Origin: an uncultured virus (IMG/VR IMGVR_UViG_3300035668_000001)
Lineage: Duplodnaviria; Heunggongvirae; Uroviricota; Caudoviricetes
DNA length: 64,000 bases
Virus record (IMG/VR): IMGVR_UViG_3300035668_000001
Direction: 5' to 3' (one strand)
The notes beneath the pieces are model-generated. The model was not told the origin of the DNA and made no database searches. It saw only the letters and a list, made by a program, of their open reading frames with translations. The first letter of the stretch is position 1. Every line of letters begins with the position of its first letter. Shown here in pieces: positions 27,805 through 36,775 of the stretch. Position numbers and translations under genes: made by a program.

Positions 27805-29202
27805 ATGACCGAAACCGAGGGCGCCTCCGCCGAGCCCGTCGTCACAAACGCCGGGCCGCAGACGATCAACGTCGAACCTCCCGTGATCGACGTCGAAGCT
27901 CTCGGCGCGTCCATCGCGGCGCAGCTCAAGTGGACCCGCCGCGACGAGGCGAAGAGGTTCGTGCCCGCGCCCGTGTCCGACCACGCCGGAGCCATGCTCG
28001 CCTTGTACCCGCCGGCCGACGTTGCCGCGAAACTGTCCCAGCCGGGCGGGGTGGAACCGTCCGACATGCACCTCACCCTCGTGTTCGCCGGGGATGCCGA
28101 CCTGATCGCCGCAGCCACCCTCACCGCCGCCGCCAGGTCCGCCGCCGGTGCCGGGCAGGTCACCGGCACCGTGTCCGGGCACGCCCGTTTCACCGGCGGT
28201 CCGCAGGACGCCCTTGTCGCCCTCGTCGACTCCCCCGACCTCGAGGAACTGCGGCGGGCTGCCGTCCACGCGCTCGAGGCCGCAGGTGTCGACCTGCCCC
28301 GCGACCACGGATTCACCCCCCACATCACCATCGGGTACCTCGCCCCCGGTGACGCCTCACCATTGACCCGTCTCGGCGCCGTGCCCGTCAGCTTCGACAT
28401 CCTCACCGCTGTCCACGCCACTACCCGCACCGGCATCCCTTTGTCCGGCGGCCCGGGCTCCGACATCGGGGCACCGGGCGAGGACGGCGACATGTGGGGC
28501 GGGAAGGCGATGACGCGGGACCAGATGGGCGAACCGCACCCGTACACCAAGACCGCGGAGTCGGGCGCGGGGAACTGCGAGTGCGGGGCCGCCGAGGATG
28601 ACAAGATCCACACCCCTGCCGAAGGCAAAGGCATGGCCCCGCCGTTCGTGAAGAAGACGCCCGGCGGGAAGAACGAGGGCGCAGCCAAGGGCGGCAACCC
28701 GATTACCGCCGGTGCTTTCGTGTCCGCCGGGAACGTGAAGGGTCGCGTCGACCTGGTCGTCACCACCGGGGTAGTGCCCGGCGCCACCGGCTCCGACGAC
28801 AAGCCCGTCGAAGGCTCCGCGTCCGCGCCGGCCGCCCGCGTCGTCGTGTACGAGTCCGCGGGTGCGGGGACGTGGAAGGCCACCGGCAAGAAGATCGCGG
28901 CGAAGGCCAGCTCACTGCACCGCACCCCTCCGTTGCGCACGGGGCAGGGCAAGAGTGTCGACGAGACGATCGTGACGATGGTCATCGAGTACACCGGGAT
29001 ACTGCCCGCCGGCCGGCTCCCCGACCCGGGAGTCGTCCGCCAAGTCTTCGACCGGGGCGTCGCATCGTGGCCCGGTGAGGCGAAGACAGCGCTCACCCCC
29101 GACCAGTGGGGCATGGGCCGTGTCGAGGCGTTCCTGCACGCCGCCACAGGTGACCGACCGGAGGGGTACCGCGGCGACGACGACCTCCTCCCGGAGGCAT
29201 GA
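27805..29202 (+). CDS. 2H phosphoesterase (2'-5' RNA ligase-like) domain protein with additional C-terminal domains
   Basis: Two HxT motifs, MHLTLVF and FTPHITIGY; C-terminal VRQVFDRGVASW...QWGMGRVEAFL. Confidence 0.82.
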   Translation: MTETEGASAEPVVTNAGPQTINVEPPVIDVEALGASIAAQLKWTRRDEAKRFVPAPVSDHAGAMLALYPPADVAAKLSQPGGVEPSDMHLTLVFAGDADLIAAATLTAAARSAAGAGQVTGTVSGHARFTGGPQDALVALVDSPDLEELRRAAVHALEAAGVDLPRDHGFTPHITIGYLAPGDASPLTRLGAVPVSFDILTAVHATTRTGIPLSGGPGSDIGAPGEDGDMWGGKAMTRDQMGEPHPYTKTAESGAGNCECGAAEDDKIHTPAEGKGMAPPFVKKTPGGKNEGAAKGGNPITAGAFVSAGNVKGRVDLVVTTGVVPGATGSDDKPVEGSASAPAARVVVYESAGAGTWKATGKKIAAKASSLHRTPPLRTGQGKSVDETIVTMVIEYTGILPAGRLPDPGVVRQVFDRGVASWPGEAKTALTPDQWGMGRVEAFLHAATGDRPEGYRGDDDLLPEA

Positions 29203-29211
29203 CCCGACGGC

Positions 29212-29862
29212 GTGCGCCGTCACTGGAACCCACGTGATAGCTGCGGTGTAGCAGGTGGCCGGGCCCGGACGTACCCGGAGGACGTCGACGACATCGTGCG
29301 CCTCGCCCACGGTATTGCCCGGAAGCATGCCCGCCGGTATGGGAACCGGACGTGGGATCCGGAAGAGATGGCCTCCGACGCCATGTTCCACGGCGCGCGA
29401 GCACTGCTCCGGTGGGACCCGACGAGGGGCCCGCCGTGGCAGACGTACGTGGCCACGCGGATGACTTACGGGCTCATCGACGACATGCGTCACCGCAGCC
29501 TCCTCACCCGGACCGAGATGAATCGGGGCGACTCGGTCGACGACCTCCCCGAATGTCGGTTGAACCCCGTCCACTACGAAGGGGTCCGCGAAGGTCCCGA
29601 CACCGCCCGCTGGGACATGCCCGACCCGGCCGCCGAGCACAGCCTCAACGCGGTCGTCGCCGAGATCGCCGTGTCCGCGTTCCTCGCCCGGCTCACCCCC
29701 CGGCAGCGGGACGTCGTCATCCGGCACGACCTCCGGGGGGAGGTGTACAGGGAGATCGCGGAGCAGATGGGCGTCACCGAGTCGCGGGTCTGCCAGATCC
29801 GGAACCAAGCGATCAAGCGGATGCAGTTGTGGGCCGCGACGTTAGAGGGCGGCCGCTCCTAG
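29212..29862 (+). CDS. sigma-70 family factor (FliA/WhiG-like)
   Basis: Region 2 WDPTRGPPWQTYVATRMTYGLIDDMR; region 4 YREIAEQMGVTESRVCQI. Confidence 0.88.
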   Translation: MRRHWNPRDSCGVAGGRARTYPEDVDDIVRLAHGIARKHARRYGNRTWDPEEMASDAMFHGARALLRWDPTRGPPWQTYVATRMTYGLIDDMRHRSLLTRTEMNRGDSVDDLPECRLNPVHYEGVREGPDTARWDMPDPAAEHSLNAVVAEIAVSAFLARLTPRQRDVVIRHDLRGEVYREIAEQMGVTESRVCQIRNQAIKRMQLWAATLEGGRS

Positions 29863-29904
29863 CTTCCGAGACGACCCCGGTCAACCAGAGAGGCCACTGG
29901 CCCC

Positions 29905-30405
29905 ATGACGACCCCGATCCCGCTCGACTTGCCCGCCCGACCGGACCTGATGTTCGCCCGGTACGCGCGCCGTCTGTTGGTCACCGAGCCGTTGCGCGAC
30001 CCGCTGCCGCCGGTGATGGTGCCGACCCGGGTGCTCGTCGACGGGCAGGACATCACCGCCCTGTTCCCACCGACCGTGTGGCTCCGCGGCGTCGCCGCCC
30101 CCGGACGGAACCTGGACCGGCACATCGGCATCGACTTCGACGACGTGCCCGTCGTGTCCCTCACCTTGTCCGCCGACGCCGTCCATGTCGACTACAAGAC
30201 GCGGGAAGTGTGGATCGGGAAGGGCGTGGACGGCATCACCCCCTTCCAGGTGTTGACCCCGGCACTCGGCGCGCCGTTCGGCTCGGTCCGGTTCACGCCG
30301 ACCGACGAGAACGACCGGCCCATCCCGTCGCGGGCCACCGAGTGCACCCGTGTGCGCATCTACTTCGGGTCGATCGTCATCGCCCCGACCGACGGGTCGA
30401 CATGA
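29905..30405 (+). CDS. hypothetical protein
   Basis: GAGG RBS; RVLVDGQDITAL resembles the 31496 ORF. Confidence 0.65.
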   Translation: MTTPIPLDLPARPDLMFARYARRLLVTEPLRDPLPPVMVPTRVLVDGQDITALFPPTVWLRGVAAPGRNLDRHIGIDFDDVPVVSLTLSADAVHVDYKTREVWIGKGVDGITPFQVLTPALGAPFGSVRFTPTDENDRPIPSRATECTRVRIYFGSIVIAPTDGST

Positions 30406-30610
30406 CCGGGCCCCGCGACGACGAAGAGGGGGTCCCTTGCCGTTGCGGGCACGTTGACCACGACGACGACCTCGGCTGCATGCTGTGCGGCTGCCCGATG
30501 TACCGCCCGGTCACCTCCTACAGCTACGGGGTGCCGCCGGTCGTCGTGAAGGTGCTGCGCAAGCCGCTCCCGGAGGACTACATCGGACCCGAAGAGAACG
30601 GGGCGGCGTG

Positions 30611-30847
30611 ATGCAGCGAAGGCAGGGCGTGTCCACATTCGAGTTCGAGTTCGACCTCGGCGGCGACGAGATGCGCCGCCGCGTCGAGATGCTCCACGCC
30701 GACCCAGGCTGGGATCCGGCGGAGCAGATCGCCGGTGAAGACGAGGCGTACGCCCTGCTGTACTCGGGTCTCGACCCCGAGCAGGCTGCCGTCCACCGGC
30801 AGCTCGTCGAGGCCGGGGTCCTGCCGCCGCGGGTCGCCGCGCCGTGA
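30611..30847 (+). CDS. DUF6400-like protein
   Basis: FDLGGDEMRRR...WDP...EDEAYALLYSGLDPEQAAVHRQLVEAGVLP. Confidence 0.65.
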   Translation: MQRRQGVSTFEFEFDLGGDEMRRRVEMLHADPGWDPAEQIAGEDEAYALLYSGLDPEQAAVHRQLVEAGVLPPRVAAP

Positions 30848-31482
30848 AGACGATCCCGCTGCCCCTGCCCGACCCGCCGATCCGCGAGCTCGCCGAGCTG
30901 CCCATCATGCCGCCGCAAGCCGGTGACATCGGCCTGACTGTGATCACCGGACGGGTCGGAGAGACGATCGCGTGGGCGCAGCGGATCACCGGCGACGGTG
31001 CCCCGTTCCAGCACGCTTTCGGGGTCGTCGACGACCAGGGCAACACCGCGGAGGCCATGCCCGGGTACCGGGGTGCCCGGGTCCGGCACGTCGCCCGCTA
31101 CGACCACACCCGCACCGTCTACATCCGGGTCGCGATGACCGAGGCGCAGCGGTACGCGGTTGGTGACGAGTGGCAGGCGATGCTCGGCACCCGCTACTCC
31201 TACGTCCAGTACCCGGCGCTGGCCCTCCTCGCCGGGTCGGAGAAGGTCGCGGAGTGGACCGGCCGGCCGCGCCAGGAGATGCGGCCGCCTTGGCTGACGG
31301 AGTACATCAAGCGGTCCGACCGGCTCATCTGCTCGCAGTACGTCGACGAGGGCGCGTGCCGCCACGGCGTGCACCTGTTCACCAACGAACGGGCACCCGG
31401 TGACGTGACACCCGGGGACTTCTGGTGCCACCTCGACGTCGAGCACTTCCTGTTCCTGTCCGACCCGATCGCCGCCGCGTGA
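30844..31482 (+). CDS. permuted papain-like (NlpC/P60, YiiX-type) amidase
   Basis: AGDIGL, FQHAFG (His before Cys), LICSQYVD, VTPGD. Confidence 0.78.
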   Translation: MKTIPLPLPDPPIRELAELPIMPPQAGDIGLTVITGRVGETIAWAQRITGDGAPFQHAFGVVDDQGNTAEAMPGYRGARVRHVARYDHTRTVYIRVAMTEAQRYAVGDEWQAMLGTRYSYVQYPALALLAGSEKVAEWTGRPRQEMRPPWLTEYIKRSDRLICSQYVDEGACRHGVHLFTNERAPGDVTPGDFWCHLDVEHFLFLSDPIAAA

Positions 31483-31495
31483 GGAGCACGCCCCG

Positions 31496-31966
31496 ATGAC
31501 GACCTACGCGCGGCGGCTCGAGTTCGTCGACTACGGGCAGGCATTCGACGCGGCGCACCCTGCCCACTGCACAGACCGTGTCCTGCTGGAAGGCCGCGAC
31601 ATCACACCCATCGTGTTGCGCCACGCGGACAGGGCACACGGGCTGGAATTCGACCAGGGACGCGTGCTACTCGCAGACCTCCTCCTCCGGGAAGGCTCCG
31701 TCGTCTGGCACGACGCGGTCGAGGTGAGCGACCGCTACCTGCGGGTCGCGGTGCCGAGCGGGGAGTGGCTGGACCTGCTCGGCAGGGTCGATCCGGTGGA
31801 AGACGTACTCGTCCCCAGCGGATGCGACTGCCCCGCATCGCCGGGGACCCGCGTGTTCTTTTTCGTAGACGACGTGCGAGTTCGACGGGCCACAGAGGAC
31901 GAGCAGAAAGCCCGCGCAGAAGGGCTCGGGTTCTCGGTGCCCGACACATTGGATATGGAGAATTGA
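31496..31966 (+). CDS. hypothetical protein
   Basis: GAGGAG RBS; RVLLEGRDITPI. Confidence 0.6.
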   Translation: MTTYARRLEFVDYGQAFDAAHPAHCTDRVLLEGRDITPIVLRHADRAHGLEFDQGRVLLADLLLREGSVVWHDAVEVSDRYLRVAVPSGEWLDLLGRVDPVEDVLVPSGCDCPASPGTRVFFFVDDVRVRRATEDEQKARAEGLGFSVPDTLDMEN

Positions 31967-31967
31967 C

Positions 31968-32177
31968 GTGGATCACACCGATCTCGAGAACCGGTTCACC
32001 TACCACCCGCCGAAGACTGGGCAGAACGAGGTGTACGCGGCGATCCGCGCCCGGGCGTTGACGTTCGCGGTGTACCTCGACGACGTGTGCCCGGACTCCC
32101 GAGAGTTGTCGCTGGCGATCACGCACCTCGAGGAAGTGGTGTACGCGGCGAACGCCTCGATCGCCCGGCACGGGTGA
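31968..32177 (+). CDS. Acb2/Tad1-like small helical-hairpin protein (putative cyclic-nucleotide sponge)
   Basis: NRFTYHPP...YAAIR...CPDSRELSLAITHLEEVVYAANASIAR. Confidence 0.7.
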   Translation: MDHTDLENRFTYHPPKTGQNEVYAAIRARALTFAVYLDDVCPDSRELSLAITHLEEVVYAANASIARHG

Positions 32178-32304
32178 CGGTCTCGGGGCGCGGGCCATGA
32201 CCCAGCCACCTCGCCCGGGGTAGTCGGTCCGCGACACTACGTGCTCGGCGTACCTACCGTCCGCCCCGTGACACGCATCTGCGTGTCGGGGCGGAGGACC
32301 AGCG

Positions 32305-34500
32305 GTGGGCACTCTCGAGTTCACGGTCGAAGCGAAGTCGGTGCCGAAGACCGTCGAGGCCGCGCCGACGTCCGTGGAACCGACCGGCGATCCCTACACC
32401 TACCGGATCATCGGTTCCGTGACCGGCCTGGAAGACGAGGTCGGCGACATCGTCGTCCCGGGCGCGTTCAAGAGCACCCTCAAGAAGCGCATCCCGAAGG
32501 TCATCGAGGCCCACGCCTGGGACAAGCCCATCGGCAAGGTGCTCGAGATCGACGAACTGCTGCCCGGCAACAAAGACCTCCCGGCGACCACCGCGCAAGG
32601 CGACCCGTGGCCGAAGGTCGCCGGCGCGCTCGTCGCGAAGGTCCAACTGTTCCGTACCCCGCAGGGTGAGGCCGCGAAGATCCGGTGGGACGGATACGGC
32701 GCCGACCAACAGTTCTCCATCGGATACCGGGCCAAGCGGGCAACGAAGGACAAGAAGGGGATCCGTTCCCTCCACGAGATCGACCTGTTCGAGATCTCCG
32801 ACGTGCTGTGGGGCGCCATGCCCCTCGCCGGGCCGATGCCCGCCGCCCTCGCCGCGAAGGTCATCGCCGGGATGGGCGAGATCGAAGTCAAGGGAGCTGA
32901 CGGCACCGGCGTCATCACGGACCCGTCGGTCGACGGCGACGAATGGAAGGACGCGGACCCGGCCGCGCTGTTCGAGGCGGCGAAGGACGCCATCGACTGG
33001 ACCGAGGTCGACGAGGCCGCCGCGGCGCACGGTGACTTGAATTCTGGCGACGAGATTTCAAGTGAACCGCCTCCGGCCTTGAATTCTGGCGACGACGCGG
33101 GCGACGGCGCGGGCGACGAGGCCGCACACCAGCCGCTCGACGACGGCTCCGGACCGGGTGAGGGTAAGAGGTACCTCGACCCGGCCGACCTCGAAGCGGC
33201 GATGGCCGTCCTCGGCGACGACTCGGAGTCCAAGCGGGCGTTCACTGCCGCCGCCGGGCAGAAGGTCGTTGTCGCGCAAGACCTCGGCATGCCGAAGATC
33301 ACCGACCAAGCGTCCTTGGTGGCCGCGATCCAGCTTGTCCGTGACGCCGACGACGAGGCCGCAGCGAAGAAGACCGTGGTCACCGCCGCCCGCAAGCTGG
33401 GCCTCGAGGACGTCCTCCCCGCCGAATGGGTAGACGCCTCCGACGACGCCGAAGGGAAGGCCGCCGGCGGGGCCGACAAGAACAAGGGCGGGGCCGAGAA
33501 GCTGCGCCGCTACTGGGTCGATGGCCCCGGCGCGGCGAAGATCGGGTGGGGCACCCCCGGCGACTACATGCGGTGCGTCAAGGAACTCACCCCGCACATG
33601 GGCGTGCGGGCACACGGATACTGCCAACTCCGCCACTTCGATGCTCTGGGCGTGTACGCGGGGCAGGAGAAGACGGCCGAAGTCCCCGACGCCCCCGACG
33701 GCCTCGACGCTCCGGACGTTCCGGTCGTAGAGCCGACGCCGTTGCTCGACGCGTGGGCCCCCGACGCCGAAGTCGGGGACTTGGCCGCGCACCGGGACCC
33801 GCCGCCGCCGGAGGCGAAGGGTGTCACTGTCGAAGAGTGGCCGGGGACCCTCGAGGAGCGGCGCGACAAGGTGCGGGACGCGGTCAACGTCGCGCTGCGG
33901 GGCGCGCAGCGTCTCAACGTGGGTTCCGCCGGCGGCATCCGGTACGAGTGGGACCACGTCGGCGTCCAAGGCACCTGGCCGGACCATGTCGTCGCCACCC
34001 GCAGCAACTGGGACGGTGACCACGACAACTGCGAGTCGTTCATGGTGCCGTACACCATCGACAGCGACGGCAACGTGACGTTGGGCGACCCGCAGCCGGT
34101 GAGGTTGCAGGCGATGATCGTGCCCGGGACGAAGGACGCGGAGGTCCCGCCGAGTCCGGTCCCCGGCATGATCGACGACGCCGCCTACGTGGTGCAGGCC
34201 ATCCGTTCCGTCGAAGGCAAGGCGGGCCGGATGCTGTCCGGGCAGAACTCGGACCGGATCAAGCGGGCTGTCGTCACCCTCCTCGGCGTGTTGCTCGACG
34301 CAGGGGTGGAAATCGACCCTCCGCACCCGCCGGCGGGGGAAGCTTCGGGTCGGCAAGAGGGGGAACCGGTGACGGTTCCGGACACGACGTCACCGGGTGC
34401 GCGGGAGGGGAAGTCCGAGGATCTGCCGGACGGCAAGATGGTCCTCCCGGCCGCGGCACTCGCGGAAGGACTTGCGCTCCTCGGCCACAGCGTCCGTTAG
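32305..34500 (+). CDS. HK97-family prohead protease with long C-terminal extension
   Basis: DEVGDIVVPGAF, HAWDKPIGK, QFSIGY, DLFEISDVLWGA; also LRRYWVDGPGAAKIGWGTPGDYMRCV domain. Confidence 0.88.
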   Translation: MGTLEFTVEAKSVPKTVEAAPTSVEPTGDPYTYRIIGSVTGLEDEVGDIVVPGAFKSTLKKRIPKVIEAHAWDKPIGKVLEIDELLPGNKDLPATTAQGDPWPKVAGALVAKVQLFRTPQGEAAKIRWDGYGADQQFSIGYRAKRATKDKKGIRSLHEIDLFEISDVLWGAMPLAGPMPAALAAKVIAGMGEIEVKGADGTGVITDPSVDGDEWKDADPAALFEAAKDAIDWTEVDEAAAAHGDLNSGDEISSEPPPALNSGDDAGDGAGDEAAHQPLDDGSGPGEGKRYLDPADLEAAMAVLGDDSESKRAFTAAAGQKVVVAQDLGMPKITDQASLVAAIQLVRDADDEAAAKKTVVTAARKLGLEDVLPAEWVDASDDAEGKAAGGADKNKGGAEKLRRYWVDGPGAAKIGWGTPGDYMRCVKELTPHMGVRAHGYCQLRHFDALGVYAGQEKTAEVPDAPDGLDAPDVPVVEPTPLLDAWAPDAEVGDLAAHRDPPPPEAKGVTVEEWPGTLEERRDKVRDAVNVALRGAQRLNVGSAGGIRYEWDHVGVQGTWPDHVVATRSNWDGDHDNCESFMVPYTIDSDGNVTLGDPQPVRLQAMIVPGTKDAEVPPSPVPGMIDDAAYVVQAIRSVEGKAGRMLSGQNSDRIKRAVVTLLGVLLDAGVEIDPPHPPAGEASGRQEGEPVTVPDTTSPGAREGKSEDLPDGKMVLPAAALAEGLALLGHSVR

Positions 34501-34714
34501 GCGTGGCGTTACGTGTCGCACCAGTCGAGCAGCGTCGTGGAGGTGACCATGACGCACCGCGGGTGGACCGCGACCATCTGAGCTGCCGCCAGCATGGCGT
34601 CGACGTCGTCCCGTCCAGTCACGATCACGCGGCAGACGTGTTGGTCGGGGACGACGGGGCGGCGCGATGTCCACCCCACCGCGACCGTCAACGTCACCAT
34701 GCCACCCCGCTCAG

Positions 34715-35080
34715 TCACGCCCGACCGGCTTGCGTGTCGGCCATCTCGTCGTAGTTCGCGAACAACTCGGGCCACCCCTCGCCGGGAGTGAGCACGGCGC
34801 CGGGCAGTCGTCCCGTTGCTACTGCCAGCCGGACACCGATGTGCTCGGCGCCGACGGCCGCGAGCCACCCGGCGCACGCCTCTTCGCTGCCTTCGGGGGA
34901 CTTGTGGCAGGCGAACATGGGCGCCCCGATCGGGGCTTCCATGCCGGGCCCGCCGGTGGTGCAGGCGAGTGCGTCGTACCGCTCGGCCGGGAACTGACCG
35001 GGCTCGGTGTCACGGCGCCACGGGCACTCCGCGCACGGACGCCGACGGTGCGGAACCTCGCAGAGCGAGTACGTGGTCAT
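34715..35080 (-). CDS. DUF6283-like Cys-rich protein
   Basis: PCAECPWRRD...PMFACHKS...CAGWL. Confidence 0.75.
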   Translation of the reverse strand: MTTYSLCEVPHRRRPCAECPWRRDTEPGQFPAERYDALACTTGGPGMEAPIGAPMFACHKSPEGSEEACAGWLAAVGAEHIGVRLAVATGRLPGAVLTPGEGWPELFANYDEMADTQAGRA

Positions 35081-35330
35081 GGGTCAGTCCTCACGTGAGA
35101 TACCGGGCGCGTTGCCATATCTCTCTTCGAGTCGGTCGGCGCAGTCCGAGCACAGGAGGGTCCCGGTGGCCCAAGGGGCGCGGGAGGCAGCCTGGACGCG
35201 GCCGGCGTAGCTGCCGTCGAGGATGCCCCCGTGACAGCGGTGACACGTGGCGTCACCGACCTGCGTGAAGCGGGTGATCCCGGCGCGCTGACTCGCCGCA
35301 CTCTGGTCGTCCGGTGCGGTAGCCATCTGG

Positions 35331-35627
35331 TCAGTCCTCCGTCAGCACATGGCCGGGGCAGTACACGAGCACGCCGTCGCGCCCGTCGAGCATCGTCTCG
35401 TTGACGACGCGGGTGTCGGCGGCGTCGATGCCGAGGTTCCGCAGGACGTCCATCGCCAGGTTCTCTTCGGCGGTGTCGACGAGGAGGCCGAAGCCTGCCA
35501 GGGGCTGCCGGTGGGTGCGGTAGCTGGTGACGATCACGTCGTCCGGGTCCATCCAGTCGAAGTCGGCTTCACAGACGGCGTCGACAACCAGCTCGCGGCG
35601 GTGCGTGGTGGGGAGGACGACGGTCAT
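35331..35627 (-). CDS. hypothetical protein
   Basis: First gene after a promoter motif; GAAGG RBS. Confidence 0.6.
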   Translation of the reverse strand: MTVVLPTTHRRELVVDAVCEADFDWMDPDDVIVTSYRTHRQPLAGFGLLVDTAEENLAMDVLRNLGIDAADTRVVNETMLDGRDGVLVYCPGHVLTED

Positions 35628-35648
35628 GGCGGGCCTTCCGATCGGGTT

Positions 35649-35691
35649 GCGGGGTTCGCTGCCCCACACCACTAGCATACACGGGGTTTAG
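35649..35691 (-). promoter_or_regulatory. putative phage promoter (-10 TATGCT) plus leader motif
   Basis: Minus strand: CTAAACCCCGTG-TATGCT-AGTGGTGTGGGGCAGCGAACCCCGC. Confidence 0.7.
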
Positions 35692-35713
35692 TGCCCGGGG
35701 CAGTGCTCGCGTC

Positions 35714-35752
35714 GACAAAACGGAGGGCCCGCTCCCCGAAGGGTGCGGGCCC
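35714..35752 (-). terminator. intrinsic terminator-like hairpin
   Basis: GGGCCCGC...GCGGGCCC stem followed by GTTTTG on the minus strand, just after the 35773 stop. Confidence 0.6.
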
Positions 35753-35772
35753 CGCCCATGTTGCGTCTCCGG

Positions 35773-36180
35773 TCAGTCCACGGTGGAACCGTCGGGCCAG
35801 CGGATCTCGGCCCTCTCCCTGGTCACCTCGTTGTCCCGCACCACGACCCGGGAGATGTCGCCGGCGTCCTCGCCGTAGATGACGATCTCCCCGTCGAACC
35901 GGTGCCCAGCTCCGTGCAGTACGACGGCCTCCTCGACGTGCTCCTCGACCTCGTACCCCTTGTAGTTGTCCTCGGACCACGGCACCAGCGCGGAGGCGGT
36001 GATCCGCAACACCAGGTCGTCGTCGACTTCCGTCTTCGCCGTGTCGAGCGCGAAGACCACGTCACGGCCGCCACTCCCGTACCCCTTGTTCCCGGGCGTG
36101 TCCGGGTTGAACGGCGACTCCTTGAGTTCGGGATACGCCAGCGGGGGCTTGACCCGGATGCGCCCCGTCACGCGGGCCAT
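35773..36180 (-). CDS. hypothetical protein (DUF6205-like)
   Basis: GRIRVKPPL...YKGY...GEDAGDISRVVVRDNEV...IRWPDG. Confidence 0.65.
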   Translation of the reverse strand: MARVTGRIRVKPPLAYPELKESPFNPDTPGNKGYGSGGRDVVFALDTAKTEVDDDLVLRITASALVPWSEDNYKGYEVEEHVEEAVVLHGAGHRFDGEIVIYGEDAGDISRVVVRDNEVTRERAEIRWPDGSTVD

Positions 36181-36485
36181 CAGGGCACCAGCTCGACACC
36201 GCGGAAGTACACGATGGTGTCGCGGCCCATGCTGTCCGTGGCGACCTCGTCGAGGAGCGCGTCGACGTCTCCGTCCTCTTCGGCCAGTGCGACCGCGAGG
36301 TACCCGACGACCTTCGGCGCGTCGGATCTGCTCGGGACGACGATGCCGAGGCAGGTGGCGCCGTACATTCCGCGGCCTGAGTAGTCGGTGTAGATGACGT
36401 CCGCGAAGTCGTCTTCGGAGCTTTCGACGTCGGCCTCCACGAGCGCGCCTTCGACGACGTGGCGGGGGATTTCGAGACGTGCCAT
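36180..36485 (-). CDS. conserved phage hypothetical protein
   Basis: YSGRGMYGATCLGIV...DSMGRDTIVYF. Confidence 0.75.
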   Translation of the reverse strand: MARLEIPRHVVEGALVEADVESSEDDFADVIYTDYSGRGMYGATCLGIVVPSRSDAPKVVGYLAVALAEEDGDVDALLDEVATDSMGRDTIVYFRGVELVP

Positions 36486-36511
36486 GTCGGTTGCCCCTTC
36501 CGGGATCAGGA

Positions 36512-36555
36512 GGCGGGGTCGCTCCCGCCCACACCCCTAATGTACACGGGGTTGA
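36512..36555 (-). promoter_or_regulatory. putative phage promoter (-10 TACATT) plus leader motif
   Basis: Minus strand: TCAACCCCGTG-TACATT-AGGGGTGTGGGCGGGAGCGACCCCGCC. Confidence 0.75.
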
Positions 36556-36775
36556 CCCCGGGTGGGGTGGATGGGTGTCACCGAAATAAAGTTGTCACTG
36601 GGCCAAGACGCTACGTAGCCACCGCGTCTACGGTGCGCATCACGAGCCTTCGGGTGTCCCGGTACTGACCGGGCGGGTCCGGTGCTCGGAACCCCAGCAC
36701 ACCCACCCGACCCTGCCTGTGCGCCCACTTCCCCGAGGCGCGCCGCAGGGGACACCCGCGTACGGAGTGAGTCCC

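Noticed and set aside
33037..33095. Direct repeat TTGAATTCTGGCGACGA x2 in the protease gene
   Set aside because: Only two copies, in frame within an acidic linker; most simply a local duplication.
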